DNA from: Dehalococcoidia bacterium
GTDB lineage: Bacteria; Chloroflexota; Dehalococcoidia; SZUA-161
Reading direction: 5' to 3'
Length of the DNA: 64,000 bases
NCBI GenBank assembly: GCA_011174795.1
Contig: DUEY01000002.1
Location: 11,013 to 75,012, forward strand
Shown here: piece by piece, positions 37,819 through 47,500 of the stretch
Layout: each line of letters opens with the position of its first letter
Position numbering within the stretch: position 1 is the stretch's first letter
Notes under the pieces: generated by a model
What the model was told of the DNA's origin: nothing
What the model saw: the letters and a program-made list of their open reading frames with translations, nothing else
Database searches by the model: none
Position numbers and translations under genes: made by a program

Positions 37819-39114
37819 ATGACGCAGTTAGAATTGGCAAGAGATGGCACTTTATCGCCGGAGATGAATGCTGTTGCCGAGAAGGAAGGACTCGACCCTG
37901 AGACAGTATGCTCAGGTGTGGCAGAAGGCACTATCGTGATCCCGGCCAATATAAACCGCAAAGGACTGAAGCCCTGTGGAATCGGTAAAGGGCTGTGCAC
38001 AAAGGTCAACGCCAATATCGGCACATCATCAGACTATGGCGATATAAATACCGAACTGGAAAAGCTTGAGGCAGCCACATCCGCCAGGGCAGACACGGTA
38101 ATGGACTTGAGCACGGGCGGCGATATCAGCGCTATTCGCCGCGCCCTCATCGCCTCGACTTCCCTTCCCCTAGGTACTGTTCCTCTTTATCAGGCAGGAA
38201 TAGAGGCTATAGACAAGTGGGGATCGATAGTTGCCATGCCAGTAAACCACCTCTTCAACGTAATCCAAGAGCAGGCAGAGGATGGAGTCGACTTCATGAC
38301 CGTGCACTGCGGCGTAACCCAAAAAGCAGTCAGCCGTTTGAGAGAATCCCCGAGAGTGACGGACGTCGTTTCCCGCGGCGGTGCTTTTGTGATCGGCTGG
38401 ATGCTTCACAACGAGCAGGAGAACCCGCTCTATGAGCACTTCGACCGCCTGCTCGAGATCGCCCGTAAATACGATGTCACGCTCAGCCTAGGGGACGGGC
38501 TTCGTCCCGGAAGCCTGGCAGATGCTTCAGATCGCGCCCAGATAGAGGAACTGCTGACTATCGGCGAGCTAGTAGAACGAAGCCGGGCAGCTGGGGTACA
38601 GGTGATGGTCGAAGGGCCAGGACATATGCCGCTGGACCAGATAGCAGCCAATGTAGAACTAGAGAAGGTGGTCTGCAAAGGAGCGCCCTTCTACGTGCTG
38701 GGACCACTGGTAACCGATGTCGCTGCTGGCTATGACCACATCAGCGCCGCAATAGGTGGCACCGTCGCTGCCGCAGCCGGCGCAGACTACCTTTGTTACG
38801 TTACCCCCTCGGAGCATCTATCCCTCCCCGACTCTGAGGATGTGAGAGAGGGTGTCGTCGCAACCCGTATCGCCGCCCATGCTGGCGATATCGTGAAAGG
38901 GGTTAAAGGCGCCCGCGATTGGGACCTGAAGATGTCTCTCGCCCGCAAGAACCTTGACTGGCGAGAGCAGATCAAGCTGTCTATAGACCCTCTCAGAGCC
39001 GAGAAGGCTCGTGCCCAGCATGAGACATCAGGCTCAGGTTGCAGCATGTGCGGCCAATACTGTGCAATGGAGCTTGTTGCTAATTATTTAAAAACCAAAG
39101 CAGGGCGCTGCTAG
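37819..39114 (+). CDS. thiC: phosphomethylpyrimidine synthase (short anaerobic-type ThiC)
   Basis: Radical SAM ThiC C-terminal CxxCxxxxC (CSMCGQYC). Length 431 aa. Lies downstream of the TPP riboswitch. Confidence 0.9.
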   Translation: MTQLELARDGTLSPEMNAVAEKEGLDPETVCSGVAEGTIVIPANINRKGLKPCGIGKGLCTKVNANIGTSSDYGDINTELEKLEAATSARADTVMDLSTGGDISAIRRALIASTSLPLGTVPLYQAGIEAIDKWGSIVAMPVNHLFNVIQEQAEDGVDFMTVHCGVTQKAVSRLRESPRVTDVVSRGGAFVIGWMLHNEQENPLYEHFDRLLEIARKYDVTLSLGDGLRPGSLADASDRAQIEELLTIGELVERSRAAGVQVMVEGPGHMPLDQIAANVELEKVVCKGAPFYVLGPLVTDVAAGYDHISAAIGGTVAAAAGADYLCYVTPSEHLSLPDSEDVREGVVATRIAAHAGDIVKGVKGARDWDLKMSLARKNLDWREQIKLSIDPLRAEKARAQHETSGSGCSMCGQYCAMELVANYLKTKAGRC

Positions 39115-39140
39115 TATTACCAGCACTGGAGGAAAGAAAA

Positions 39141-39935
39141 ATGCCGTTGTTCCATCCCGTAAAAGAGAGCGATGTCACACGCGCCATCGTCAGCAACTTC
39201 CTGCGCCAGTTTGAAGAGTACGCCGAGAGCGATGTCATCATCGTCGGCGGCGGGCCCAGTGGCCTGATTGCGGGGAAGGAGCTGGCTAAGGCCGGTCTCA
39301 AGGTAGCTTTAATAGAGAGGAACAACTACCTTGGTGGCGGTTTCTGGATCGGCGGCTACTTCATGAACAAGTTCACGCTGAGAGAGCCGTCACAAGAGGT
39401 ACTGGATGAGCTGGGAGTGCCCTACGAGAAGGCTACTGCCGGATTATACGTGGCGGACGCTCCCCACGCATGCGCAAGCCTCATCGCCGCTGCCTGCAAT
39501 GCCGGGCTCAAAATATTCAACCTGACCCTACTCGAGGACATCATACTACACGAAAACGACCGCATGGCGGGTGTAGTGGTCAACTGGAGCCCGATTATCC
39601 ACATGCCCAAGGAGTTGACCGCACTCGACCCTGTGCCGATGGAATCTAGGGTCGTGATCGACGCTACCGGCCATGATGCCGTGGTGCTAAAAAAGCTCGA
39701 GAAGCGGCAACTGATCCAGCTTGCGGGCGAGGGCGCACTGTGGATTGACAAATCGGAGGACGCAGTAGTAGAGCACACTGGTGAGGCTTATCCCGGCCTA
39801 GTCGTGACCGGTATGGCGGTGGGTGCGGTATACGGTCTGCCCCGCATGGGCCCTACCTTCGGCGCTATGCTCCTTTCTGGAAAGAGAGCAGCAGAGGTCA
39901 CCCTTGGAATAGTAAAAAAAGCCGCTATACCCTAG
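39141..39935 (+). CDS. thi4: Thi4-family thiazole synthase
   Basis: FAD-binding GGGPSGL then LIERNNYLGGG, characteristic of Thi4/THI1. Confidence 0.8.
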   Translation: MPLFHPVKESDVTRAIVSNFLRQFEEYAESDVIIVGGGPSGLIAGKELAKAGLKVALIERNNYLGGGFWIGGYFMNKFTLREPSQEVLDELGVPYEKATAGLYVADAPHACASLIAAACNAGLKIFNLTLLEDIILHENDRMAGVVVNWSPIIHMPKELTALDPVPMESRVVIDATGHDAVVLKKLEKRQLIQLAGEGALWIDKSEDAVVEHTGEAYPGLVVTGMAVGAVYGLPRMGPTFGAMLLSGKRAAEVTLGIVKKAAIP

Positions 39936-40036
39936 CCAATAGGCAGAGTGCCCTCATTTTTTTCCTACCCTACCTTGGGTAGATTATAGCTTAGTGAGCA
40001 CAGGCAATAGCATCAGTCCACAAGGAACCACCCCTG

Positions 40037-41458
40037 ATGAAGACGCTTATTGTTCATTTTCGCTCTGCCCCTGATAGAGACCTAAAGGAAGAGTTGGCAG
40101 ACGCAGACCCACTGGACTCAGCAGGCACAGACGGCGTCTCCCTGGAGATGGCGAAACGTCAAACCCTGCTTAAAGAAATGGGCCACGAGGTTGCGATTTG
40201 CTCAGCATACGACTGGGCGGATTTCCCAGTGCCTGCGCTGGAGTTCAACCGAGAACAAGTGACAATGCTGGTACGTAATCTCTACGGGGCTGGGATAACG
40301 GAATTTACCAGCGAAGCCGAACTCAGAAGTGCCTTCGATGCATCTCGACTGGAGTTGCAACGACAGTTGCGTAGTGTGATCGAGTGTTTTGCACCCGACC
40401 TGCTCTTTATACACAATATATTCTCCCTCCCCGTTCATCCGGCAGCCACCGTGAGCCTGACGGGACTTCTTCGAGAAAAGCAAATACCCTGCGCTGCTAT
40501 ACACCATGACATGCTCAGTGAAGGGGCATACAAATTCACGCCGACATGTGACCTGGCTAAATCTATACTCAGTGAATATTATCCCCCAAGCATGGCTAAT
40601 ATCAGGCACTGGACGATAAATACGCGTAATAAAAAAGCCCTTTGGGACAAGGGTGTAGATGCCAAAGTGATTCATGACTCAATGGATTTTGAGCAACGTC
40701 CCGAGCCCTCAGAGCGTGCCAGAATACGGGCTATTCTGCGAGCTAAATACGGTATTGATTCACATGACGTTGTCCTTTTCTCAGGTGCACGTATAGTGCC
40801 CAACAAGCAGACTGAACTGGCGGGACACCTGACCGCTGCTATGCTCAGCCTGCGCCAAGAGATTATAGGAAAGAAGCTCTACCATGGCGATGTATTTTCA
40901 GACAAGAGCAAAGTATTTCTCGTTCTCGCCGGCCGACCGGAGCGGGCTTTTCTAGACTACCGAAAGAACCTCTTCGAGCTTTTCGATACGCTGAAGATTC
41001 AATGGAGCTACGTAGGTGACGATGTACGCCCGCATCGCAACATAGATGAAGGTCTCTATGCACTATATCCCGATTTCTATACAATAGCCGACTTTGTCCT
41101 CTACCCCACAGGTTGGGAGGGATTCGGCAACCAGCTTCTCGAGGCATTAGCCGCTGAACTGCCAGTTGCGGTCTTTGAATATCCGGTTTTTAAGGAGGAT
41201 ATAGCTCCCACAGGCGTTAAGATTGTGTCTCTTGGAGACAAACTGCTGCCGGAGAAAGATGGCAGAGGTCTTGTTAAACTTCCCTATGAGGTGCTGCAAC
41301 AAGCAGGCCGCGAGATAATTGCCATTCTCACCAGCCCCGAGGTATTTCGGAGCATTACCGACCACAATGTCGCTGTTGGAAAGAAATATTTTAGCTACGA
41401 TGTGCTCAGAGCCCACCTGCGTGACGCACTGCAATGGGCCAAAACATGTAACGGCTAG
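40037..41458 (+). CDS. GT4-family (GT-B) glycosyltransferase
   Basis: C-terminal E-x7-E motif (EGFGNQLLE) typical of retaining GT4 enzymes. Confidence 0.6.
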   Translation: MKTLIVHFRSAPDRDLKEELADADPLDSAGTDGVSLEMAKRQTLLKEMGHEVAICSAYDWADFPVPALEFNREQVTMLVRNLYGAGITEFTSEAELRSAFDASRLELQRQLRSVIECFAPDLLFIHNIFSLPVHPAATVSLTGLLREKQIPCAAIHHDMLSEGAYKFTPTCDLAKSILSEYYPPSMANIRHWTINTRNKKALWDKGVDAKVIHDSMDFEQRPEPSERARIRAILRAKYGIDSHDVVLFSGARIVPNKQTELAGHLTAAMLSLRQEIIGKKLYHGDVFSDKSKVFLVLAGRPERAFLDYRKNLFELFDTLKIQWSYVGDDVRPHRNIDEGLYALYPDFYTIADFVLYPTGWEGFGNQLLEALAAELPVAVFEYPVFKEDIAPTGVKIVSLGDKLLPEKDGRGLVKLPYEVLQQAGREIIAILTSPEVFRSITDHNVAVGKKYFSYDVLRAHLRDALQWAKTCNG

Positions 41459-41575
41459 TCTATCTATTACCGTAAAGTACTCTACCTTATCAACGAAAAA
41501 TATGATAATCTGTATTGGTTTGGCAACACTATTAATCACCTTTCCCGCTAGAACAAGGAATAAACCTATATTAAA

Positions 41576-44500
41576 ATGACGAGCAAAGATATCGCGGAAC
41601 TTGAAGCCTTATACGCAGAGTCGCTAGGCAAACCCCTCAAAGAGGCCAAAAAAATTGGAGATGCTGACATAGTAGTCGGCATCACTCTGCAAAATGAAGC
41701 CGGCACAGTCACTAACATGTGCCGGCAAATAGCGAAAGCGGCCTCAAAGCTCTTCCCCGATAGAAAAAGCGTTTTGGTCTGCGCTGGCGATCCAGATAGT
41801 AAGCAAGCAATAAAAGCCGTTCAAGAAACACGTCCAGAACGGGATATGAAGAGAATTGCTTTTTCTATGAAGGACAAACGCCTGAGCGGCAAGGCTTGGC
41901 GTCTCAGGGCGATGATGGAGATAGCAAATAGTCTGAAAGCCGATTTGGTTGTTCTGGATGCCAACCTCGAGAGCAGGAAATCCAGGAACGAAACCGAAGA
42001 TACAGCCCTGGAATGGTTCAAGCACCTATTGACACCGATAGAGAAAGAAGGGATTGACCTCGTTATACCCAGGTCTAACGGTCATCATCTCGACGTTCCA
42101 GATTTCACTCATCTGGTTCGTCCCCTGCTTGCCTCTATATTCAATCTCAAAATTGGAAGCTTGCCCAATCAAGCGTTCGGGGTCTCGAGCAAGCTCGTTG
42201 GGATCTATATGGCTGACCCCGACGTCTGGTCCGCCCGCATCGGCGATCACGGCATCGGTACATGGCTCGTCATAACCGCCGTCACCAGTAATGCTCAAAT
42301 ATGTGAAACCAGTCTAGGGTGGAAAAGCTATCAGGCTTACCCAGACAAGGAGCTGGTATGGAGACAGCAGACTGAGGTGCTCTTTGAACAGATAGCAGCA
42401 TGGAAAGAATGGTGGCGGCAAAGAGGGGACCTAATCCATCCTCTGGCCATATTTCAGGATAGCAGGAACCACTGGCCAGAGGTTGTGATGCCAGATACTA
42501 ATACCCTGATAGAGCGATACAAGCAGGGGTACAACGAGTTCCAAGGCTTATATGCAGAGGTGTTATCTCGAGACGCGTCAAGAGAGCTCAGGAAGCTGTC
42601 AGGAAGCGAGCCAGAGAAATTTATGTTTCCTTCGCATCTCTGGGTAGAGATAGTCTATGACTTCCTAGTCGCCTATTGTCTGGAGCAGGAATTCAATAAA
42701 ACCAACTTGCTCAATTCCTTCATTACCCTATGCTATGGGAGAGAAGCCGGATTCATTCAGGAGCTTAAAACACTTGAGGAACGGTTGGCAGCCGCAATAC
42801 CTGATAAGGCAGACCATTTGACAGCTCTCATGGCAGAATGGGAGATCGAGCGTCAGAGCCAGGAATCTATAAAGCAGAAGCCCGGTTTCCTGGCGAGATG
42901 GCGAGAGATAGAGACAGAACGCAAACCGCTTCTCCCCAAGGTGACCTACCGCGAATTTATTCCCGGAGTACCCTTAATAGTACTCAAGGAGCTTGTTTCC
43001 CCTTCAGGTGATATCATTAGAACAGATGACATCTATAGAAATATACTTCAAAGATACCACAAGGAATTTGAGAAGTTCATTCACGAGAGGCTCAATCTCC
43101 GTTCAACAGCAACTCCCGAGGATATCGTTAAGTCCATCACCGATTTGATGTTACAGGTAGAGGATGATTTAGATAAACTCTTGATACCTGGCGACCTCTC
43201 AAGTATAGACGGAACCCAAGCCGTCGCCCAGGCTATATTCCGCCATTTCCCCCACTCTGAAACATTCGCCCTGAAACCTGAAGTAGCTTCCTGGATTCTG
43301 CGGCGAAATCCCCCATCCAATCTATTCATACGGTTCAGCGCAGCTAACCTCGCTGAGCTTGAGAAAAAATTCGGTCCAAATGATCTCCTGGCTCTATCAA
43401 GCGTATCGGAGGAAACAGCATATACATCGGGTGTATGGGAATGGATAGCAGGAAATGCCCGTTCTGAACACTTTGCACCATTGAACTTAGAGCCACTGGC
43501 CGTAAACTCTGAGGACTTCCGCATGCTCACCATTCTCAAAGAGACCTCTACCTTGAGCAAGCTTACGGGAAGAGTAATTATAGGCAATCTGCTTAAAGGA
43601 ACAGGCGGCAAATTCCCCAAGCTGCGTTACTTCATCACGATGGCCAAGAATATCGTCGAGGCTGAGAGTTTAGGGAAAATATGGGAACAGTTTGCCCGGG
43701 AGAGAAAGGAGTTTGGCACGAGGGTCGTAAATTCGCTCAGAGGGCACTGGGGAAAAGAGCCTTTATCAGCCCACAACATATTTGAAAATAAAATCCAGAG
43801 GATATTGATTGAGCGGCTTAGGGGCATGAATAAGGACTGGCATGAAAGGGGCGAACCCACAATGTCCCGCCTCGTTTCAAATATAAACAACGTTGTGGAT
43901 TGTTATCACCTTGCTTCGTCTTTTCCAGACGGGACATTCATTCCCTGCTCTGCCTGGACATGGGCAAGTTACAGCTTCAAAGGTGGCAAAGGAATGCCCA
44001 CGCCTCTGTCACTGCATGTAGAGAGGGACTGGGCATCGAGGGAGTTCCTCGTGGAGTTAGTTAAAGCCCTAGGTGGCAGCGAGGAGCATATTGACAGGAA
44101 GATTACGGAACTGATGGGAGAGGGGAGAGAGTCAGAAAATCTGGCTACGGTAATTCTCCCTGGGTGGGACACTGTGCAGGAGGTTATCCCTGAGCAATTA
44201 CCACTGCCCGCAGAGCCCGAGGCCGGCAAGCTGAGCAGGTTCCCTGATAATCCGATTCTGAGAGCAATAGAAGATCACCCCTGGGAATCCAAATATGTGT
44301 TCAATCCAGGTGTCATCAGGCTAGATAGTAAAATATATATCTTTTACCGCGCATTTGGAGATGACCAAATCTCCCGAATCGGACTGGCAATAAGCTCAGA
44401 TGGCTTTCATATCGATGAGAGGCTGGAAAGCCCTATATACGAGCCAAAGGAGAAATGGGAGAAAAAAGGCTGCGAGGACCCCAGACTGGTATTGATAGGG

Positions 44501-45190
44501 GAACGCATCTACATGACTTATACTGCATACGACGGCGTTGTGGCCCAGATTGCCCTAGCCTCAATTGAGCTAGCAGATTTTCTCGCCCGCCGCTGGGATA
44601 AATGGGAACGATGCGGTCTCGCTTTTCCCGGGTTCGAGGACAAGGATGCAACGCTGTTTCCCCAGCTGTTCAATGGACGATATATGCTCTATCACAGGAT
44701 AGAGCCAAGTATCTGGATTTCTTCATTTGAACGTATAGAATGCCCCTGGCCCCGTGAAGAACACCGTATACTGATAGGTCCAGGCGCAGGTATGGTCTGG
44801 GATGGCCTGAAGATCGGAGGCGGCTCACAGCCTATAAAGACAAAATATGGCTGGCTCCTTATCTACCACGGCGTTGACAACTCCTGGGTTTATAGGCTGG
44901 GCGTACTGCTGGTAGCACTGGACAACCCGGGACGGGTGATCTATCGCTCCCCCAATCACGTGTTAGAACCCGAGGCTAGCTGTGAGCTCGGCGAAGAGGG
45001 TTGCTTCGTGCCTCACGTTGTATTCACCTGTGGCGCCGTTTCCGGTGTGGACAAAGCGATGCTTGATGATGATGATGAGGTCATCATTTACTACGGGGCA
45101 GCAGATACAGCGATTTGTGTCGCCACAGCAAAGGTCTCAGAGCTTATACCAGAGGAAATCAGGCTAAGCAGAAACCACGGATTCTATTAG
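41576..45190 (+). CDS. 1204-aa multidomain protein with a C-terminal GH130-like glycoside phosphorylase/hydrolase beta-propeller domain and an N-terminal GT-A-like domain
   Basis: The last ~330 aa resemble GH130 mannoside phosphorylases (FNPGVIRLDSKIYIFYRAFGDD..., CEDPRLVLIGERIYMTYTAYDG). The N-terminal ~230 aa have a GT-A-like pattern (VVGITLQNE..., LVVLDANLE). Confidence 0.65.
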   Translation: MTSKDIAELEALYAESLGKPLKEAKKIGDADIVVGITLQNEAGTVTNMCRQIAKAASKLFPDRKSVLVCAGDPDSKQAIKAVQETRPERDMKRIAFSMKDKRLSGKAWRLRAMMEIANSLKADLVVLDANLESRKSRNETEDTALEWFKHLLTPIEKEGIDLVIPRSNGHHLDVPDFTHLVRPLLASIFNLKIGSLPNQAFGVSSKLVGIYMADPDVWSARIGDHGIGTWLVITAVTSNAQICETSLGWKSYQAYPDKELVWRQQTEVLFEQIAAWKEWWRQRGDLIHPLAIFQDSRNHWPEVVMPDTNTLIERYKQGYNEFQGLYAEVLSRDASRELRKLSGSEPEKFMFPSHLWVEIVYDFLVAYCLEQEFNKTNLLNSFITLCYGREAGFIQELKTLEERLAAAIPDKADHLTALMAEWEIERQSQESIKQKPGFLARWREIETERKPLLPKVTYREFIPGVPLIVLKELVSPSGDIIRTDDIYRNILQRYHKEFEKFIHERLNLRSTATPEDIVKSITDLMLQVEDDLDKLLIPGDLSSIDGTQAVAQAIFRHFPHSETFALKPEVASWILRRNPPSNLFIRFSAANLAELEKKFGPNDLLALSSVSEETAYTSGVWEWIAGNARSEHFAPLNLEPLAVNSEDFRMLTILKETSTLSKLTGRVIIGNLLKGTGGKFPKLRYFITMAKNIVEAESLGKIWEQFARERKEFGTRVVNSLRGHWGKEPLSAHNIFENKIQRILIERLRGMNKDWHERGEPTMSRLVSNINNVVDCYHLASSFPDGTFIPCSAWTWASYSFKGGKGMPTPLSLHVERDWASREFLVELVKALGGSEEHIDRKITELMGEGRESENLATVILPGWDTVQEVIPEQLPLPAEPEAGKLSRFPDNPILRAIEDHPWESKYVFNPGVIRLDSKIYIFYRAFGDDQISRIGLAISSDGFHIDERLESPIYEPKEKWEKKGCEDPRLVLIGERIYMTYTAYDGVVAQIALASIELADFLARRWDKWERCGLAFPGFEDKDATLFPQLFNGRYMLYHRIEPSIWISSFERIECPWPREEHRILIGPGAGMVWDGLKIGGGSQPIKTKYGWLLIYHGVDNSWVYRLGVLLVALDNPGRVIYRSPNHVLEPEASCELGEEGCFVPHVVFTCGAVSGVDKAMLDDDDEVIIYYGAADTAICVATAKVSELIPEEIRLSRNHGFY

Positions 45191-45239
45191 TAATATAGAG
45201 GAGCAGTTTTTTCCTACAACGTTCTTTCTCTCTCAAGCA

Positions 45240-45539
45240 TCAGCCGGCCTGCTTAGCCCTACCCCTTCGCTTCCAGCCCAGCATAACCAGGAGCTCCCCA
45301 ACAGCAGCATCCGTGTCTTCATCCTTGAGAGGCACATCCGAGTGAATTCTGTACTGATTCTGCCTGCCCACCTTGGTCTTTGTAATGTACCCTTCCCTTT
45401 CGAGATCGTTTATTATTTTGTGGGCTGCCCTCTCGGTTATACCGACAGCATCGCCGATCTCCCTGGCTGTACTGCGCGGACGTTTGGCAATAGCGGCTAA
45501 TATAAGACCGTGGTTTGTAATGAAGCTCCATTCAGGCAT
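45240..45539 (-). CDS. winged-helix transcriptional regulator (MarR/ArsR-like)
   Basis: HTH segment STAREIGDAVGITERAAHKIINDLEREGYI. Confidence 0.6.
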   Translation of the reverse strand: MPEWSFITNHGLILAAIAKRPRSTAREIGDAVGITERAAHKIINDLEREGYITKTKVGRQNQYRIHSDVPLKDEDTDAAVGELLVMLGWKRRGRAKQAG

Positions 45540-45906
45540 TTTTGTAAAATTCTCCTACAATATTCCGACAACCACTTGACAAGCCCCTCATATTATGCAT
45601 ACTTAAAACTGCTATATATTTCATGTTATATAGACGTAGCAGTAATTATCTAGTATAATATAGCAGTTGTTATTATTCACGAAATAATTAGCACACTCCA
45701 TACTTCTTGTAATGTCTTTCCTGAAAACTTGAGTAGAATTATTCCACAGAAAACCCTGTCTGTCAAGCCCCGTAGGAATATGGCAGTTAAAAGATGAAGT
45801 TAAATCGTACGCGTAATGACAGAGTGATTATATGGAATTTCTAGATGACTATGATTTTCCCGCGGATTATTATGAATTATTCGAGTGGAGCCTCGTAAAA
45901 AACTGC

Positions 45907-45935
45907 TTGACAATCAGTCTTTTATAACCTAGTAT
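45907..45935 (+). promoter_or_regulatory. candidate promoter TTGACA-N17-TAGTAT
   Basis: Consensus -35 with correctly spaced -10-like hexamer, inside the AT-rich island upstream of the 46043 gene. Confidence 0.3.
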
Positions 45936-46042
45936 ACAGGTGGCCAAGCGCGTTTTCCACAATTGCCCCTACTGGCCTATGTGCCATTCATCTGCAGAGG
46001 CAAGCGGGAGGTGTGGGTGGCTCCGACACAAGGGAGGATTGG

Positions 46043-47338
46043 ATGGCATATATTACTTTTATCACAACATATAAACCAATAATCTGTGGAATCGCGGACT
46101 ACTCAGACTTCCTCACCAGAGAGAGCACGCCCGGTACATGGGCTGTGATCACGTTCGATCTTGACAACTTCGTTGTACCGTTCAGCGACGACCTGATCGA
46201 ACTCACCACTCCCGTAAGCTACTGCATACCCAGCCGAGAGGACTACACCGCCGACTCCATTTCAAAATGGCTGAAGCTAAAAGAAGCCCATGTTCTCTGG
46301 TTTCAACACGAATTCGGCATCTGGGGCAACGGGGTTCGATTCACTAACATGCTCAGAGAGCTAAACGATGTTACAGTGGTATCCCCGCACACACTCCATT
46401 TTCAAAGCAACGAGACCACGTATGGACTGCGTAAATTTGAAGATTCCTTCCTGCGTTCGCTCCTGCCCAGCACGGATGCAATTACAGTGTTCAGCGATGG
46501 CGTTTATAGTGCAGTAACCCGTGCATTCCCTGAGTACAGCGACAAGGTGCATGTAATGAGGCACGGCACTCATTGCTACCCGACGATAGCCAGAATGAGC
46601 AGAGCGGAAGCTAAAGCTAAGATCTATGACTACCTGATGTACGAATCGAATCTAGACCAGGCAAGCAAGGATAGGATACAGCGGGAAAATGTGTTTACCG
46701 ACCCTGCCACAACGCTCATAGGCGGAACAGGGTTTATCACAGCGAACAAAGGTATCGAGCTCATCTACCAGGTACGCAATACACTGCTGAAGATGCTGCC
46801 TCAGCAGAAGATGGTAGCGGTATATGTAGGCTTCCTGAGGGAACCCGATAATATCATTGATGGAGGGTGTGCTGCCAAATTGCGGGCCAAATATAACGGC
46901 TCGGGACAGTTCTTCTTGGAGAATTATCTGCCAGAAGAGATGCTACCTATTATGCTTAGAGCCTTTGATATCCATTTCTACTGGCCGGGAGACTGCACTC
47001 AGAGCGGAATCATTGCCCATGCCCTCGGTGCCGGCGCTACGATTGCCTGCCGTGATATGGAGGGTGTAGGCGAAACGGTAAAAATGGCGGGTGGACTCGC
47101 CCGGTCAGAACTGGGGCAGCTCATCACAGGGATCAAGGAGCTTATCCTCAACCCTGAACTCAGGGACGAAATATCTCAGAGAGCGGTGAGATACGCCATG
47201 AAGTTCTCGTGGAAAAATCAGGCCCTGAAGCACTTTGAGCTGGCAGAAGAATTATGCCGTTCCAAGGCTAAGCGTTCAATTACAGGTTCTACCCTTCTTC
47301 TCAGCGCCTCGTTAAAAGAAAACCGTCTCCCACTGTAA
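46043..47338 (+). CDS. hypothetical protein (possible GT-B-like glycosyltransferase; weak)
   Basis: Start set at the ATG preceded by the GGGAGG SD. No diagnostic motif recognised. Confidence 0.45.
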   Translation: MAYITFITTYKPIICGIADYSDFLTRESTPGTWAVITFDLDNFVVPFSDDLIELTTPVSYCIPSREDYTADSISKWLKLKEAHVLWFQHEFGIWGNGVRFTNMLRELNDVTVVSPHTLHFQSNETTYGLRKFEDSFLRSLLPSTDAITVFSDGVYSAVTRAFPEYSDKVHVMRHGTHCYPTIARMSRAEAKAKIYDYLMYESNLDQASKDRIQRENVFTDPATTLIGGTGFITANKGIELIYQVRNTLLKMLPQQKMVAVYVGFLREPDNIIDGGCAAKLRAKYNGSGQFFLENYLPEEMLPIMLRAFDIHFYWPGDCTQSGIIAHALGAGATIACRDMEGVGETVKMAGGLARSELGQLITGIKELILNPELRDEISQRAVRYAMKFSWKNQALKHFELAEELCRSKAKRSITGSTLLLSASLKENRLPL

Positions 47339-47433
47339 AGAGACAATCAGTATATCCTGAGAATCTGGGTGTCACACATTCCACAGTCTTTGTGATATAT
47401 ACTGCCTCCACAGTTACCCCCCAAGTGTTTGAG

Positions 47434-47442
47434 TGGTATAAT
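47434..47442 (+). promoter_or_regulatory. extended -10 element TGgTATAAT upstream of cinA
   Basis: TGnTATAAT about 60 nt upstream of the cinA start. Confidence 0.3.
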
Positions 47443-47500
47443 CAAAAAAAGCGAGGATACCTGTTTACGGATAGCACCGCTAGGCCATATCCAGAGACAC

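Noticed and set aside
39936-40036. CTACCC-tacctt-GGGTAG hairpin between thi4 and the GT4 gene as a terminator
   Set aside because: The T-run is on the wrong side for the plus strand and the stem is short. This is not convincing.
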